IMG/VR virus record: IMGVR_UViG_3300046832_002586
Location: 1-64,000 of that record
DNA from: an uncultured virus (IMG/VR IMGVR_UViG_3300046832_002586)
Taxonomy: Duplodnaviria > Heunggongvirae > Uroviricota > Caudoviricetes
Reading direction: 5' to 3' (one strand)
DNA length: 64,000 bases
This document shows, in pieces, positions 10,222 to 22,867 of this stretch (positions are counted from its first letter, which is position 1; each line of letters starts with the position of its first letter). The notes beneath the pieces are model-generated. The model did not search any database, was not told the DNA's origin, and worked only from the letters and a program-made list of their open reading frames with translations. The translations under genes and the position numbers were made by a program.

Positions 10222-13200
10222 ATGCCTAAAAATATTACTATTTATCCCGAGGGGGATGGTTCAAGTATAACAGTTCCTTATTTTTATTTTGATGGTGGAA
10301 CAGCATCAATGACAGGTCGTGTGGTTGCCACAGGTGGTTCAACAACAAGTTTCCAATGGATTGTCGGAGTTAACACAATATTCAAATTATCTGATACCGA
10401 ATTTACTATTAGAAATCTTAACGTTACGGATAATTTATCTGTTAATGGTGTTCAAGTTTTAAATGGTACTAAAGGATGGGTAGGTCCAACTACAAATATT
10501 GTTGGAGCTCAAGGCGCTACGGGTAATACTGGTGCTCAGGGTAATACAGGTAATATTGGTGCTCAGGGTAATGTGGGTAATACAGGTGCTCAAGGAAACG
10601 TTGGTGCTCAAGGTGCTCAAGGCAATACAGGACACACAGGTGCTCAAGGAGCTACGGGTAATACAGGTGCTCAAGGTAACATTGGTAATACAGGTGCTCA
10701 AGGAGCCGTAGGAAATACAGGTGCTCAAGGTAATACCGGAGCACAGGGTGCAACAGGTAATATTGGGCCAACAGGTGCGGTAGGACCAACGGGTGCACAG
10801 GGTAATATCGGGGCTCAAGGAGCTCAAGGACTTACAGGAGCTCAAGGACCAACGGGTGCACAGGGTAACATAGGTGCTCAAGGTAACACAGGTGCTCAAG
10901 GAGCTGCAGGTAATACAGGTGCTCAAGGAGCTATAGGTGCTCAAGGTAAAATTGGTAACCAAGGTGCTCAAGGAGACCAAGGGGCTCAAGGTAAACAAGG
11001 TTCTACGGGCAATACAGGAGCTCAAGGTTCTACGGGTAATACGGGTGCACAAGGTAATACAGGTGCACAAGGACCTATTGGTCCTCCAGGTGCTCAGGGT
11101 AATACAGGTGCTCAGGGTAATACAGGTGCTCAGGGTAATACAGGTGCTCAAGGAGCCACGGGTAATACCGGTGCTCAAGGGGCTCAAGGTAATACAGGAC
11201 ATACAGGTGCTCAGGGAGCTACGGGTAATACTGGTGCACAAGGGGCTCAAGGTAACACGGGACATACAGGAGCACAAGGAGCCACGGGTAATACGGGTGC
11301 ACAAGGTAATATAGGTGCACAAGGTGCTGTAGGACCAACAGGTGCTACAGGACCAACGGGTTCACAAGGTAATACAGGTGCTCAAGGTGCTTTAGGACCA
11401 CAAGGAAATACGGGGCCACAAGGTGCTCAAGGACCACAAGGGGCTCAAGGTAATACAGGAGCTCAAGGAGCGACTGGTAACACCGGTGTATTTGGTAATG
11501 AAGGTGCTCAAGGAGCGGTGGGACTTCAAGGTAATGTAGGTAACGTTGGTGCTCAAGGTAATATAGGTGCTCAAGGTAATCTTGGACCCACAGGGAATAT
11601 AGGGCCAACAGGTTCTCAAGGTTCAACGGGTGCTCAAGGTAATACAGGTGCACAAGGTAATATAGGACCACAAGGTGCTCAAGGTAATACCGGTGCTCAA
11701 GGTAACCTTGGACCGACAGGAAATATAGGGCCAACAGGTTCTCAAGGTAATACAGGAAGCCAAGGGTCAATTGGCCCACAAGGACCTAAAGGTCCACAAG
11801 GAGCTCAAGGACCAACGGGTGCTCAAGGTAATATCGGACCACAAGGTGCCATCGGACCACAAGGTTCTCAAGGTTCAACGGGTGCTCAAGGTAATATTGG
11901 ACCACAAGGTGCAACAGGACCAACAGGTTCTCAAGGTTCAACAGGTGCTCAAGGTAATATTGGACCACAAGGTGCTACGGGACCACAAGGTGCAACAGGA
12001 AACACGGGTGCAACAGGAAACACGGGTGCTCAAGGTGCAACAGGAAACACAGGTGCACAAGGTGCTCAGGGTGGTACGGGGTCTATTGGACCTCAAGGAG
12101 CCACGGGACCACAAGGTTCTCAAGGTTCAACAGGTGCTCAAGGACCAATAGGACCACAAGGTGCTACAGGACCTACAGGTGTATTTGGTAATGAAGGAGC
12201 TCAAGGAGCGGTAGGACCACAAGGTGCAACAGGACTTCAAGGTTCCACGGGTGCTCAAGGTAATACAGGTGCCATAGGACCACAGGGTTCTACAGGAGCT
12301 CAAGGTTCTCAAGGTGGTGCCGGTGCAACAGGACATACAGGTGCTCAAGGTGCCACAGGAAATACGGGAGCTCAAGGTAATACGGGAGCTCAAGGTAATA
12401 TAGGTCCGACAGGTGCTACAGGACCTGTAGGTTCACAAGGTAACACAGGTGCTCAAGGACACACCGGTGCACAAGGTGCTATTGGTGGAGGAGGTTCCAC
12501 AGGAGCTCAGGGTGCTACAGGTCATTCAGGTGCACAAGGTGCTATTGGTGGAGGAGGTTCCACAGGAGCTCAGGGCGCTACAGGTCATTCAGGAGCTCAA
12601 GGTAATACAGGTAATACCGGGGCACAAGGACCTCAAGGTGCTACGGGTAATATAGGACCTCAAGGTAATACAGGTAATACCGGAGCACAAGGTAATGCAG
12701 GTGCTACGGGTAATATAGGACCTCAAGGTTCCACGGGTGCTCAGGGTTCTCAAGGTGGTGTAGGTTCTGTAGGTGCGGTTGGTCCCACAGGTGGTGGAGG
12801 TGACACAGGTTCACAAGGTGCTCAAGGTGGTAAAGGACCTACAGGTAATACTGGTAATCTTGGACCTCAAGGTAGTACAGGTGCTCAAGGTGCTCAAGGA
12901 GGTTTTGGACCAACAGGAGGACAAGGTTCTCAAGGAGGTACAGGAATTAGTCCTGGTGCTCAAGGTGCTACCGGAGGACAAGGCGCTCAAGGTCCTGACG
13001 GATTGCCGTCGCAAGGTTCTCAAGGGGCTCAAGGTGTGAATGGTAGTGTTGGTAATACAGGAGCTCAAGGGGCTCAAGGTGGTACGGGTATTCCTGGTTC
13101 ACCTGGTGCACAAGGGGCTCAAGGACAAACAGGAGGTCAAGGTCTTCAAGGAGCCCAAGGTGCAACAGGTACACAAGGTCCTCAAGGAGCTCAAGGTGCT

Positions 13201-13785
13201 CAAGGAGCGACAGGGCCTCCAGCAGCACCTGCGTGTTATGATGTTGGTTTTGTTGGATTATTTCCAGATTGTGATTTTCTAGCGCCGATGGGAATGCCAA
13301 ATGTTTACTCGAATGTGATGATGCCTAACTGTACCTCAAATGATAAAGTTTATGATATAGATGACTGTTCTGGTTGTGATAGTCTTATTAATTTGGTAAT
13401 AGCGGAGTATCAAGCCACTGTAGATGTAACTTGTACGTTGGTATGTTGTTTCTCAGATTTAAGACTTAAAAATGAAGTTATAACTTTAGAGGGCTCATTA
13501 ACAAAATTGATGATGTTACAACCTGTTGAGTTTGATTGGACAGAAAATACTCCTGAATATGATTATTACCTTCAAAATAACAAAACACACTCTTTAGGAT
13601 TTGTTGCTCAACAAGTTAGAGAACACATCCCTGAAGTGGTAAGAATGAGAGAAAATGGATATTACTATATCCTTTATCCGCAACTTAATGCATATTTAGT
13701 GGAAGGTATTAAAGAACATCAAAATAACATTGCATCTGTTGATGAAAGATTAACTATGTTAGAGGAATATATTGAGAATTACTAA
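10222..13785 (+). CDS. collagen-like fibre protein 1 with C-terminal intramolecular chaperone (peptidase S74-like)
   Basis: roughly 900 residues of G-X-Y repeats (GAQ/GNT/GPQ), Cys-rich segment, then SDLRLK...GFVAQ. Confidence 0.9.
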   Translation: MPKNITIYPEGDGSSITVPYFYFDGGTASMTGRVVATGGSTTSFQWIVGVNTIFKLSDTEFTIRNLNVTDNLSVNGVQVLNGTKGWVGPTTNIVGAQGATGNTGAQGNTGNIGAQGNVGNTGAQGNVGAQGAQGNTGHTGAQGATGNTGAQGNIGNTGAQGAVGNTGAQGNTGAQGATGNIGPTGAVGPTGAQGNIGAQGAQGLTGAQGPTGAQGNIGAQGNTGAQGAAGNTGAQGAIGAQGKIGNQGAQGDQGAQGKQGSTGNTGAQGSTGNTGAQGNTGAQGPIGPPGAQGNTGAQGNTGAQGNTGAQGATGNTGAQGAQGNTGHTGAQGATGNTGAQGAQGNTGHTGAQGATGNTGAQGNIGAQGAVGPTGATGPTGSQGNTGAQGALGPQGNTGPQGAQGPQGAQGNTGAQGATGNTGVFGNEGAQGAVGLQGNVGNVGAQGNIGAQGNLGPTGNIGPTGSQGSTGAQGNTGAQGNIGPQGAQGNTGAQGNLGPTGNIGPTGSQGNTGSQGSIGPQGPKGPQGAQGPTGAQGNIGPQGAIGPQGSQGSTGAQGNIGPQGATGPTGSQGSTGAQGNIGPQGATGPQGATGNTGATGNTGAQGATGNTGAQGAQGGTGSIGPQGATGPQGSQGSTGAQGPIGPQGATGPTGVFGNEGAQGAVGPQGATGLQGSTGAQGNTGAIGPQGSTGAQGSQGGAGATGHTGAQGATGNTGAQGNTGAQGNIGPTGATGPVGSQGNTGAQGHTGAQGAIGGGGSTGAQGATGHSGAQGAIGGGGSTGAQGATGHSGAQGNTGNTGAQGPQGATGNIGPQGNTGNTGAQGNAGATGNIGPQGSTGAQGSQGGVGSVGAVGPTGGGGDTGSQGAQGGKGPTGNTGNLGPQGSTGAQGAQGGFGPTGGQGSQGGTGISPGAQGATGGQGAQGPDGLPSQGSQGAQGVNGSVGNTGAQGAQGGTGIPGSPGAQGAQGQTGGQGLQGAQGATGTQGPQGAQGAQGATGPPAAPACYDVGFVGLFPDCDFLAPMGMPNVYSNVMMPNCTSNDKVYDIDDCSGCDSLINLVIAEYQATVDVTCTLVCCFSDLRLKNEVITLEGSLTKLMMLQPVEFDWTENTPEYDYYLQNNKTHSLGFVAQQVREHIPEVVRMRENGYYYILYPQLNAYLVEGIKEHQNNIASVDERLTMLEEYIENY

Positions 13786-16700
13786 TGGCTAATGATATTA
13801 TAATATACCCTTCAGGTAACACCTTTTCAGGTGGTGTACCTTTTATTATTTATGAGGATGCCACTGGTAATCAGTTGGTTCAAAAAGTTAATGCTAATGG
13901 TGATTTAACATTTTCATCATCCACAGATTCTTCTGTAGGTAGTATTGGTACTCAAGCAGTCACTTCTAAAGGTTTTTCTGTTAATGACCTAAGTAGTGGT
14001 GAAGGTATTTACGCGTGGGATGGTAGTTCTACATATGTTCAGATTATTAACTACCTTGGAGAATGGATAGGTTCACAAGCCAATATTAAAGGAGCTCAAG
14101 GAGCTCAAGGTACACAAGGACCAACAGGAGCTCAAGGTACACAAGGACCCCAAGGAGCACAAGGGGCTCAAGGTTCTCAGGGAGGACAAGGTGCTCAAGG
14201 TACACAAGGTGGACAGGGAGCCCAAGGGGCTAACACAGGTGCTCAAGGAGCTCAGGGTACACAAGGTGCTCAAGGTGCACAGGGCGCTAGTACGGGAGCT
14301 CAAGGTAATACAGGTGCTCAGGGAGCTCAAGGTGCACAAGGTACTCAAGGTGCTCAAAGTTCAGTCCAAGGTGCTCAAGGAAAAACGGGTGCCCAAGGTG
14401 CTCAAGGAACTCAAGGTGCTAACAGTTCCACACAAGGTGCTCAAGGTAATACAGGTGCCCAAGGTGCTCAGGGTGCCCAAGGTGCTCAAGGTGCTAGCAC
14501 GGGTGCTCAAGGTAATACAGGTGCCCAAGGTGCCCAAGGTAGTCAAGGAACTGCGAGTATTGTAATCGGACCAACAGGTGCACAAGGTTCTCAAGGACCA
14601 ACAGGTGCTCAGGGAGCTCAAGGTGCGAGTACAGGAGCTCAAGGTAGTACAGGTGCACAAGGAGCCCAAGGTACTCAGGGTAGTACGGATGATACTCCTG
14701 GTGCTCAAGGTGGGCAAGGTTCACAAGGTGGACAAGGAGCTCAAGGAGCTCAAGGTGCTAGTACGGGAGCTCAAGGAGCTCAGGGAGCTCAAGGACCAAC
14801 AGGTTCCCAAGGTGCTCAGGGTGCTAATACAGGTGCTCAAGGTGCTCAAGGTGCTCAAGGACCTAAAGGAGCTCAAGGTGCTCAGGGAGCTAACACAGGA
14901 GCTCAAGGGGCTCAAGGAGCCCAAGGTGCTCAAGGTTCTGTGGGTGCTCAAAGTAGTGTCACAGGTGCTCAAGGTGCTACAGGAAACACGGGTGCTCAAG
15001 GTGCTCAAGGAGCTCAAGGTGGTGTTACAGGTGCTCAAGGTAGTACGGGTGCTCAAGGTGCTCAAGGATTCCAAGGAGCTCAAGGTGCTAGTACAGGTGC
15101 TCAAGGAGCTATAGGTAAACAAGGTGCCCAAGGTGCTCAAGGAGCTCAAGGTGGTGTTACAGGTGCTCAAGGTAGTACGGGTGCTCAAGGAGCTCAAGGA
15201 GCTCAAGGAGCTCAAAGTTCCGTCCAAGGTGCTCAAGGTGCTACAGGTAATACAGGTGCTCAAGGAGCTCAAGGAGCTCAAGGAGCTTCTCAAGGTGCTC
15301 AAGGTAATACAGGTTCACAAGGAGCTCAAGGAGCTCAAGGTGCACAAAGTTCTGTACAGGGTGCCCAAGGTGCGACAGGTAATACAGGTGCCCAAGGTAA
15401 TATAGGTGCTCAAGGAGGTACTGCGGGTGCTACGGGAGTTACAGGTGCTCAAGGAGGACAAGGAGCTCAAGGAGCTCAAGGTGGAACCACGGGAGCTCAA
15501 GGTGCCACAGGTAATACGGGAGCTCAAGGTGCTCAAGGAGCTCAAGGTGGAACCACGGGAGCTCAAGGTGCCACAGGTAATACGGGAGCTCAAGGTGCTC
15601 AAGGAGCTCAAGGTGGTGTTACAGGAGCTCAAGGTAGTACAGGAGCTCAAGGAGCTCAAGGAGCACAAGGGGCACAAGGAGCTAACACAGGAGCCCAAGG
15701 TGCTCAAGGAGCCCAAGGTACTCAAGGTAGTACAGGTGCTCAAGGAGGTAATACGGGCGCTCAAGGAGCTACAGGTAATACAGGTGCTCAAGGTACTCAA
15801 GGTCCTCAAGGAGGAGTTACAGGTGCTCAAGGTGCTGTTGGTAAACAAGGTTCTCAAGGAGCACAAGGTGCTCAAGGAGGACCTACAGGTGCTCAAGGAA
15901 GTACAGGTGCTCAGGGTTCACAAGGAAGTACTGGTGCTCAAAGTAGTGTGACAGGTGCTCAGGGTTCCCAAGGTGGTGGAGGTTCAACAGGTGCACAAGG
16001 AGCTCAAGGTGCTAATACAGGTGCTCAAGGTGGTCAAGGTGCTCAAGGTGGACAAGGTGCTCAGGGTGCTCAAAGTTCGGTTCAAGGTGACCAAGGAGCT
16101 ACGGGTAAACAAGGTGCTCAGGGTTCACAAGGAGCTCAAGGGGCTAGTACAGGAGCTCAAGGTGCTACAGGTGCCCAAGGTGCTCAGGGAGCTCAAGGTG
16201 CTCAAGGGGCTAGTACAGGAGCTCAAGGTGCTACAGGTGCCCAAGGTGCTCAGGGTTCACAAGGAGCTCAAGGGGCTAGTACAGGTGCACAAGGAGGTCA
16301 AGGTTCTCAAGGAGGACAAGGTGCTCAAGGAGCTCAAAGTTCTGTACAAGGTGCACAAGGAGGTCAAGGTTCTCAAGGAGGACAAGGTGCTCAAGGAGCT
16401 CAAAGTAGTGTTACAGGTGCTCAGGGTTCACAAGGTGGTGGAGGTTCCACAGGAGCTCAAGGAGCTCAAGGTTCTACTCAAGGTGCAACAGGTGCTCAAG
16501 GTAATACAGGTGCTCAGGGAGCTAATAGTACAACTCAAGGAGCACAAGGTGCTCAGGGTGCTAATACAGGAGCTCAAGGAGCCCAAGGTGCTCAAGGTAG
16601 CGCGAGTTCTACTCAGGGTGCTCAAGGTGCTGCGGGAAATACAGGTTCCACGGGAAATACAGGAGCTCAAGGAACTATAGGTGCTGCAGGGTCAATTGGT

Positions 16701-17258
16701 CCACCAACGCCAGGCCCACAAGGTGCTCAAGGACCAAAAGGACCTGGAGGAGGACAAGGTTCACAAGGTGCTCAAGGTACAAAAGGACCGAGTGGTAACG
16801 GAGCTCAAGGTGCTGAGGGTTCTCAAGGTGCAAAAGGACCGAGTGGAGGTACAGGTGCTCAAGGTGGTAAAGGACCACAAGGTGCTCAAGGTGCCACAGG
16901 TGCTCAAGGACCACCGTCAGATGCCAGATATAAAACAAATATTAAACCTCTCACAAACGTTAGACAAAACATTGTTAGCATGAGAGGTGTTAAATTTGAT
17001 TGGGTTGAGGACATTCCTCAATTATCAGATTATTTACCAGAGTACAGATATCTAATTACAGGTACGAATCTTGGATTTATTGCTCAAGAAATTGAAGAAA
17101 AATATCCAGATTTAGTTTGGACAGATAAATATGGTTATAAGAATTTACAATATGAACTATTGGTTTCGGTTGGTGTATCAGCATTAATTGAAAACCAAAA
17201 AAGAGTTGAAGTGTTGAATAATTTTCTTAAAGATTTAAGTACAAAAATAGGTGGCTAA
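13785..17258 (+). CDS. collagen-like fibre protein 2 with S74-like chaperone
   Basis: GAQ repeats with periodic interruptions; SDARYKTNI...GFIAQE. Confidence 0.9.
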   Translation: MANDIIIYPSGNTFSGGVPFIIYEDATGNQLVQKVNANGDLTFSSSTDSSVGSIGTQAVTSKGFSVNDLSSGEGIYAWDGSSTYVQIINYLGEWIGSQANIKGAQGAQGTQGPTGAQGTQGPQGAQGAQGSQGGQGAQGTQGGQGAQGANTGAQGAQGTQGAQGAQGASTGAQGNTGAQGAQGAQGTQGAQSSVQGAQGKTGAQGAQGTQGANSSTQGAQGNTGAQGAQGAQGAQGASTGAQGNTGAQGAQGSQGTASIVIGPTGAQGSQGPTGAQGAQGASTGAQGSTGAQGAQGTQGSTDDTPGAQGGQGSQGGQGAQGAQGASTGAQGAQGAQGPTGSQGAQGANTGAQGAQGAQGPKGAQGAQGANTGAQGAQGAQGAQGSVGAQSSVTGAQGATGNTGAQGAQGAQGGVTGAQGSTGAQGAQGFQGAQGASTGAQGAIGKQGAQGAQGAQGGVTGAQGSTGAQGAQGAQGAQSSVQGAQGATGNTGAQGAQGAQGASQGAQGNTGSQGAQGAQGAQSSVQGAQGATGNTGAQGNIGAQGGTAGATGVTGAQGGQGAQGAQGGTTGAQGATGNTGAQGAQGAQGGTTGAQGATGNTGAQGAQGAQGGVTGAQGSTGAQGAQGAQGAQGANTGAQGAQGAQGTQGSTGAQGGNTGAQGATGNTGAQGTQGPQGGVTGAQGAVGKQGSQGAQGAQGGPTGAQGSTGAQGSQGSTGAQSSVTGAQGSQGGGGSTGAQGAQGANTGAQGGQGAQGGQGAQGAQSSVQGDQGATGKQGAQGSQGAQGASTGAQGATGAQGAQGAQGAQGASTGAQGATGAQGAQGSQGAQGASTGAQGGQGSQGGQGAQGAQSSVQGAQGGQGSQGGQGAQGAQSSVTGAQGSQGGGGSTGAQGAQGSTQGATGAQGNTGAQGANSTTQGAQGAQGANTGAQGAQGAQGSASSTQGAQGAAGNTGSTGNTGAQGTIGAAGSIGPPTPGPQGAQGPKGPGGGQGSQGAQGTKGPSGNGAQGAEGSQGAKGPSGGTGAQGGKGPQGAQGATGAQGPPSDARYKTNIKPLTNVRQNIVSMRGVKFDWVEDIPQLSDYLPEYRYLITGTNLGFIAQEIEEKYPDLVWTDKYGYKNLQYELLVSVGVSALIENQKRVEVLNNFLKDLSTKIGG

Positions 17259-20200
17259 GGATATCATTATATTACCAGGTAGTGCAACTGTTGAGTTGTA
17301 TGATACAAATAATACTAAGGCAACTTGGGTTTACTCCAGTGCTGTACTTGATTGGAAAGTCAGTACTACTGTTTATTTTAAAGTTATTAATACCTCACCT
17401 AAATTTAGGTTGTTTTTTAACAATCTTTATGTTTTTAGTACTATTGCAACAACTGCAGGTACGGTAGTTAATAATGCTCTTTGGACGGGTACAGCAAATA
17501 CCGGACCAACAGGAGCTCAGGGTGCTGCGGGAGCTCAGGGTTCTCAAGGTGCTGCGGGAGCTCAGGGTTCTCAAGGTGGTAAAGGTGCTCAAGGTAATGT
17601 TGGTTCACAAGGTGCAACAGGTAATGTTGGTTCTCAAGGAGGACAAGGTGCTCAAGGTGGAAAAGGACCTCAAGGTTCACAAGGTACTCAAGGAGGACAG
17701 GGTTCTCAAGGGGGACAAGGTTCACAAGGTGCTGTTGGTAGTGTAGGTTCACAAGGTACTCAGGGAGGACAGGGTTCACAAGGTACTCAAGGAGCACAAG
17801 GTACTCAGGGAGGACAGGGTTCACAAGGGGGACAAGGAGCTCAGGGTGCTCAAGGTTCTCAGGGTAATATAGGTTCACAAGGTTCTCAAGGAGGACAAGG
17901 AGCTCAGGGTGCTCAAGGTTCTCAAGGTAGTATAGGTGCTCAAGGTTCGGTAGGTGCGGATGGCGCTCAAGGTTCTCAAGGATTTTTAGGTCCTGTAGGT
18001 TCGCAAGGTGCTCAAGGAGGTCAAGGTGCTCAAGGAGGTCAAGGAAGCCAAGGAAGTCAAGGTAATGTAGGAGCTAAAGGCGCTCAGGGTGTTCAAGGTC
18101 CTATTGGAGCTCAAGGTAATACAGGTTCACAAGGTACTCAGGGAGGACAAGGTTCACAAGGTGCGGTTGGTTCACAAGGAGCAACAGGTAATCAAGGTGC
18201 TCAAGGGGGACAAGGTGCTCAAGGTGCGGTTGGTTCACAAGGAGCAACAGGTAATCAAGGTGCTCAAGGGGGACAAGGTTCGCAAGGTGCTATTGGAGCT
18301 CAAGGTTCTATTGGAGCTCAAGGTGCTCAAGGAGGACAAGGTGCTCAAGGTACTCAAGGAGGTCAAGGTTCACAAGGAGCTGTTGGCGCTCAAGGAGGAC
18401 AGGGTACTCAAGGAGGTCAAGGTTCACAAGGTAGTCTTGGTTCACTTGGGGCTCAAGGAGGTCAAGGGGCTCAAGGTTCACAAGGTACTCAAGGAGGACA
18501 AGGAGGACAAGGTTCTCAAGGAGGACAGGGTGCTCAAGGAGGACAGGGTGCTCAAGGTAATATAGGTTCACAAGGTTCTCAAGGAGGTCAAGGTGTTCAG
18601 GGAACTCAGGGAGGACAAGGTGCTCAAGGTCCTGTAGGTTCTCAAGGAGGACAAGGAGCTCAAGGAACTCAAGGAACTCAAGGTAATATAGGTTCACAAG
18701 GAGCTCAAGGGGGTCAAGGAGTTCAAGGTTCTCAAGGAGGTCAAGGTGCTCAAGGAGGTCAAGGTGCTCAAGGAGGTCAAGGAGTACAGGGAGCTCAAGG
18801 TTCACAAGGTGCGGTTGGTTCACAAGGTTCTCAAGGAGGACAAGGTGCTCAGGGTACTCAAGGAGGACAGGGTTCTCAAGGTGCTACAGGTTCTCAAGGA
18901 GGACAAGGTGCTCAGGGTGTTCAAGGAGGGCAAGGTTCGCAAGGAGCGGTCGGTTCACAAGGAGGACAAGGTTCTCAAGGAGGACAAGGTTCTCAAGGTG
19001 CGGTTGGTTCCCAAGGAGCTCAGGGTGGACAAGGTTTCCAAGGAGCGACCGGTTCACAAGGAGCAACAGGTAATCAAGGGGCTCAAGGAGGACAAGGTTT
19101 CCAAGGTACTCAAGGTGGTCAGGGAGCTCAAGGTTCGATAGGTGGTGTTGGTAGTCAGGGTGCTCAAGGTTCACAAGGTACTCAAGGAGGACAAGGAGGA
19201 CAAGGTTCTCAAGGAGGACAAGGAACTCAAGGAGGTCAAGGTTCTCAAGGTGGAGGTGGTGCTCAAGGTTCACAAGGAGGTCAAGGTTCTCAAGGTGGAG
19301 GTGGTTCCACAGGTGCTCAAGGTTCACAAGGTTCACAAGGAGGTCAAGGTTCTCAAGGTGGGACTGGTGGTGGAGGTGCTACAGGTTCTCAAGGTTCTCA
19401 AGGTGGTAAAGGTGCTCAAGGTTCACAAGGAGGACAAGGTGCTCAAGGTGCTCAGGGGTCTACAGGAGGACAAGGTTCACAAGGAGGACAAGGTTCACAA
19501 GGAGGTAAAGGTGACACAGGACCAACAGGAGGACAAGGTTCACAAGGAGGACAAGGTTCACAAGGAGGTAAAGGTGCCACAGGACCAACAGGAGGACAAG
19601 GTGCTCAAGGAGGAACTGGCGGTGGAGGTGCAACAGGTTCACAAGGAGCTCAAGGAGGACAAGGTTCGCAAGGTGGTGCTGGTGGTGGAGGTGCTACAGG
19701 TTCACAAGGAGCTCAGGGAGGACAAGGTTCGCAAGGTGGAGGTGGCTCTACAGGTGCTCAAGGTTCACAAGGTTCTCAAGGAGGTCAAGGTGCTCAAGGT
19801 ACTCAAGGAGGACAAGGTTCACAAGGAGCTCAGGGAGGACAAGGTGCTCAGGGTACTCAAGGAGGACAAGGTTCTCAGGGTGGAGGTGGCTCAACAGGTG
19901 CTGCGGGTGGACAAGGAACTCAAGGACCACAAGGTGCTCAAGGACCACAAGGAGGACAAGGTGCTCAAGGTGCGGTTGGTACACAAGGTGCTCAAGGTTT
20001 TCCTTCTGAAGGTGCGGGTGCTCAAGGTGCTCAAGGTTTTCCAGGTACCGCACCTACAGGTTCCCAAGGTGCAACAGGTGCTCAAGGACCTGGTGCAGGT
20101 GGTGCTCAAGGACCTACAGGTGCTCAAGGAAAGGCAGGTTCTACTTTTGGTGCTCAAGGTGCTACAGGAGCACAAGGAGCCACGGGTAATACGGGTGCAC

Positions 20201-20550
20201 AAGGTGCTACAGGACCTACAGGACCATCCGACATTAGATTAAAGACAAACATTGAACCTATTGAATCTGCACTTGAAAATTTAATTAAAATTCGTGGTGT
20301 TGAATTCTATTATAATTGGGATGATAAAGAAAAACTTGGACATAAAAACATTGGTTTTATTGCTCAAGAAGTTTTACCATATTTCCCTGAACTTGTATCT
20401 GGTAGTGAAGAAAAACACTACACCATGAAATACAAAGAGATGATTGCCGTGTGTATTGAAGCTTTAAAAGAGCAAGAAGTTATTATTAACTCAATTGAAG
20501 ACAGAGCTCAAAAACTTGTAGTAAAGGCGAAAGAAAAAAGATTACTTTAA
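17251..20550 (+). CDS. collagen-like fibre protein 3 with S74-like chaperone
   Basis: GTG start; GAQ/GSQ/GGQ repeats; SDIRLKTNI...GFIAQE. Confidence 0.9.
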   Translation: MAKDIIILPGSATVELYDTNNTKATWVYSSAVLDWKVSTTVYFKVINTSPKFRLFFNNLYVFSTIATTAGTVVNNALWTGTANTGPTGAQGAAGAQGSQGAAGAQGSQGGKGAQGNVGSQGATGNVGSQGGQGAQGGKGPQGSQGTQGGQGSQGGQGSQGAVGSVGSQGTQGGQGSQGTQGAQGTQGGQGSQGGQGAQGAQGSQGNIGSQGSQGGQGAQGAQGSQGSIGAQGSVGADGAQGSQGFLGPVGSQGAQGGQGAQGGQGSQGSQGNVGAKGAQGVQGPIGAQGNTGSQGTQGGQGSQGAVGSQGATGNQGAQGGQGAQGAVGSQGATGNQGAQGGQGSQGAIGAQGSIGAQGAQGGQGAQGTQGGQGSQGAVGAQGGQGTQGGQGSQGSLGSLGAQGGQGAQGSQGTQGGQGGQGSQGGQGAQGGQGAQGNIGSQGSQGGQGVQGTQGGQGAQGPVGSQGGQGAQGTQGTQGNIGSQGAQGGQGVQGSQGGQGAQGGQGAQGGQGVQGAQGSQGAVGSQGSQGGQGAQGTQGGQGSQGATGSQGGQGAQGVQGGQGSQGAVGSQGGQGSQGGQGSQGAVGSQGAQGGQGFQGATGSQGATGNQGAQGGQGFQGTQGGQGAQGSIGGVGSQGAQGSQGTQGGQGGQGSQGGQGTQGGQGSQGGGGAQGSQGGQGSQGGGGSTGAQGSQGSQGGQGSQGGTGGGGATGSQGSQGGKGAQGSQGGQGAQGAQGSTGGQGSQGGQGSQGGKGDTGPTGGQGSQGGQGSQGGKGATGPTGGQGAQGGTGGGGATGSQGAQGGQGSQGGAGGGGATGSQGAQGGQGSQGGGGSTGAQGSQGSQGGQGAQGTQGGQGSQGAQGGQGAQGTQGGQGSQGGGGSTGAAGGQGTQGPQGAQGPQGGQGAQGAVGTQGAQGFPSEGAGAQGAQGFPGTAPTGSQGATGAQGPGAGGAQGPTGAQGKAGSTFGAQGATGAQGATGNTGAQGATGPTGPSDIRLKTNIEPIESALENLIKIRGVEFYYNWDDKEKLGHKNIGFIAQEVLPYFPELVSGSEEKHYTMKYKEMIAVCIEALKEQEVIINSIEDRAQKLVVKAKEKRLL

Positions 20551-21536
20551 GAAATGTAATCGTTGTAAAGAGAATTAATATTTTCTTTAGTATCAGTCCA
20601 ATCTGCATATTCAGGGACTCTAACTCTTAAACACTCATGAGTATCATCTATTATATCAATGATGTTACCCCAATACTCCAAGGTTCTATCTCTATATCTA
20701 AGATTATCCTCAAGATAATCTTTTACAATTGATTCCAAATTAATAAAAGGTATTTTAAATGCTTGGATAAATTTATTTTTATCAAAAGGGGATGGTGTTT
20801 GAGTCCATTCACCATTACCTTCAAATATAGAATCAAGTTCACCCCAAATAGATTTGTAGAGTTCATCTTCATATGCGGCATTATATGCACTCCAATATAA
20901 ACTTATTAACTCACTGTCTAAATCATCGGGTAGGATTTCTTTTATAGAATCTTTATCATCTATTATTCTATTTAATGTTTCAGTATCTAAAGATACATAT
21001 TCATCATGACCTTGTGACGATGCAATTTCTTCTAATAAATCTGTTGACGGTGTAATTCTTTCATCTTTCAATTCCTCTAATAATTTTTCAATTAAAGTTT
21101 GTTTGTTTTGGTCATTTAAATCATCAATTACGTTGTCATAGACATCTATTCCTGAATCCCAATAATCAGAACTATCATATTCTCCTGACAATATAGATTC
21201 TATTGTTTCACGACTAATATCTCTACTGTCACAATAAAGTTTGGATAAATCTCCCCTATCAGATGTTATAAAATACCATTTACCATCAATGTATTTCACA
21301 TCGGATAATTTGTCTTCAATAAGTTTACGGAAAATTTCTGGTTTGTTATTAGAAACCCACAGAGTGTAATCGTTTTCATAATCGTTGTGATTATAATCAT
21401 CGGCAATAATTTCATCAAATTTACCTCTTTTATCAGCATAATTAAAGAATGAGAATATATCGCCATTAAATGCTGTTTCAATTAGGTCGTAATCACCCTC
21501 GTTGAAATCTTTAATTGCTAAATCAATAAGTGCCAT
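20547..21536 (-). CDS. highly acidic hypothetical protein
   Basis: likely start MALIDL at 21536 just downstream of a TATTTAT motif; D/E-rich. Confidence 0.75.
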   Translation of the reverse strand: MALIDLAIKDFNEGDYDLIETAFNGDIFSFFNYADKRGKFDEIIADDYNHNDYENDYTLWVSNNKPEIFRKLIEDKLSDVKYIDGKWYFITSDRGDLSKLYCDSRDISRETIESILSGEYDSSDYWDSGIDVYDNVIDDLNDQNKQTLIEKLLEELKDERITPSTDLLEEIASSQGHDEYVSLDTETLNRIIDDKDSIKEILPDDLDSELISLYWSAYNAAYEDELYKSIWGELDSIFEGNGEWTQTPSPFDKNKFIQAFKIPFINLESIVKDYLEDNLRYRDRTLEYWGNIIDIIDDTHECLRVRVPEYADWTDTKENINSLYNDYIS

Positions 21537-21601
21537 ATTTTTATAAATACAAAAAAAGGGTAGATTTCTCCACCCTTCACTAAAAAACATCTCAGATTAG
21601 T

Positions 21602-21745
21602 TTATTTCTTTACGTAATACTTTTCTACTGTTCTTTTAATGGCATCTTTGATGTTTTCATTAACAGGTTGAGCCTGGGGTTTAACCACTGGCGCTTGAAT
21701 CTGATTTGTGTTAGTGTTGTTTTTGTTTTTACAACCGCATCCCAT
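21602..21745 (-). CDS. small protein MGCGCK... (47 aa, not in ORF track)
   Basis: manual translation MGCGCKNKNNTNTNQIQAPVVKPQAQPVNENIKDAIKRTVEKYYVKK; TATTTATA upstream on the minus strand. Confidence 0.65.
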   Translation of the reverse strand: MGCGCKNKNNTNTNQIQAPVVKPQAQPVNENIKDAIKRTVEKYYVKK

Positions 21746-21811
21746 GACTTTATTTAAATTAAAGGTTTATTGATTATAAATATAAACATATCCTAATATT
21801 TATCAATTGTA

Positions 21812-22840
21812 ATGAGTTCAGAAGTAAATAATATCAGTGCAGAATTAAGAAGAGAGAAGGACCTGTGGAAATTAGGACCTGATTGTCCCAAAGAAGGATT
21901 AATGGCACATGCTTTATTTGACCATTTGGTGTATAGTAATGAGATAAATGCATTGGATGAAGAAGGTAAAGAAAGAAAAAAACAACTTGAGTTAAGAAAA
22001 AGTCAAATTGAGGATGAAATACAGAATGACACTCAAGGGTTAAAGACTAGTTTACAACAACAGTTAGAACAAATTGATGAAGAGTTATCTGAGTTTGATG
22101 ATTATTACGATGTGTACGATATTACCCCAAAAAATGAAGAATTCTATAGTAATATGGAAATTTTTGAAACTTCATGGGACAATAGCCAATATGCAATAGG
22201 TAATGAAAGAGAATTAAAGTGGTCTGCTGAGGAATACGCCAAACAAATTATTGAAAGTGAGGGTATAAATTTTTTCTCAAAAAGTTTTCTTGAAAATTAT
22301 ATTGATGATGATAGTGTTCAAAGATATGCTGAGGACATGTACAATGATTTGATTTACCAAGACCCTGAAAGTTGGTTGGACGAGTCACAGAGAGAAACTT
22401 CATATGTTCAAGATAATGAAATAAAGTATTTAAATTATCAGATTGAAAAAGTTAAGGGTGAGATTGTTAATTTGCAACAATTAATGGAAAAGTCGCCAAG
22501 AGAATTACGTGGGGTATTTGAAAATAAAATATCCCAATTGGAAGATAATGCCATCTATGAGTTTGAGCAAAAGATAGAAGAAATAGAAGAAAGTCCTGAA
22601 GGTGATTTTCCTGATGATTTAATTAACCAAATAATTGAGGAGAGGGTAAATGATGTTATGGACGATAGTTTAAGTTTTATTAGGGAATGGGATTTAGAAC
22701 TTTCAAACTTTATTAATGAAGATGAGTTAATTGAAGGGTGGATTGATAGTGATGGTTATGAGATAATGTCTCATTATGATGGCAAAGTTGATGAACAAAA
22801 AGTAGAGGGTGTTCTTTATTTTATCATAAGAGTTGAATAA
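21812..22840 (+). CDS. acidic coiled-coil hypothetical protein
   Basis: 342 aa, D/E-rich; TATTTAT at 21797. Confidence 0.75.
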   Translation: MSSEVNNISAELRREKDLWKLGPDCPKEGLMAHALFDHLVYSNEINALDEEGKERKKQLELRKSQIEDEIQNDTQGLKTSLQQQLEQIDEELSEFDDYYDVYDITPKNEEFYSNMEIFETSWDNSQYAIGNERELKWSAEEYAKQIIESEGINFFSKSFLENYIDDDSVQRYAEDMYNDLIYQDPESWLDESQRETSYVQDNEIKYLNYQIEKVKGEIVNLQQLMEKSPRELRGVFENKISQLEDNAIYEFEQKIEEIEESPEGDFPDDLINQIIEERVNDVMDDSLSFIREWDLELSNFINEDELIEGWIDSDGYEIMSHYDGKVDEQKVEGVLYFIIRVE

Positions 22841-22867
22841 ATAAAATGGTGTTTTATTCTTATGTAA

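Noticed and set aside
10500..20220. Highly repetitive DNA as a possible CRISPR array or satellite
   Set aside because: The repeats are in-frame 9-nt codon units with synonymous variation; there is no repeat-spacer structure.
10459..20242. Dozens of overlapping ORFs (VLKVLKE-, STLS- and LEHL-type) inside the fibre genes
   Set aside because: They are shadow frames of the GGTGCTCAA-type collagen repeats, not independent genes.
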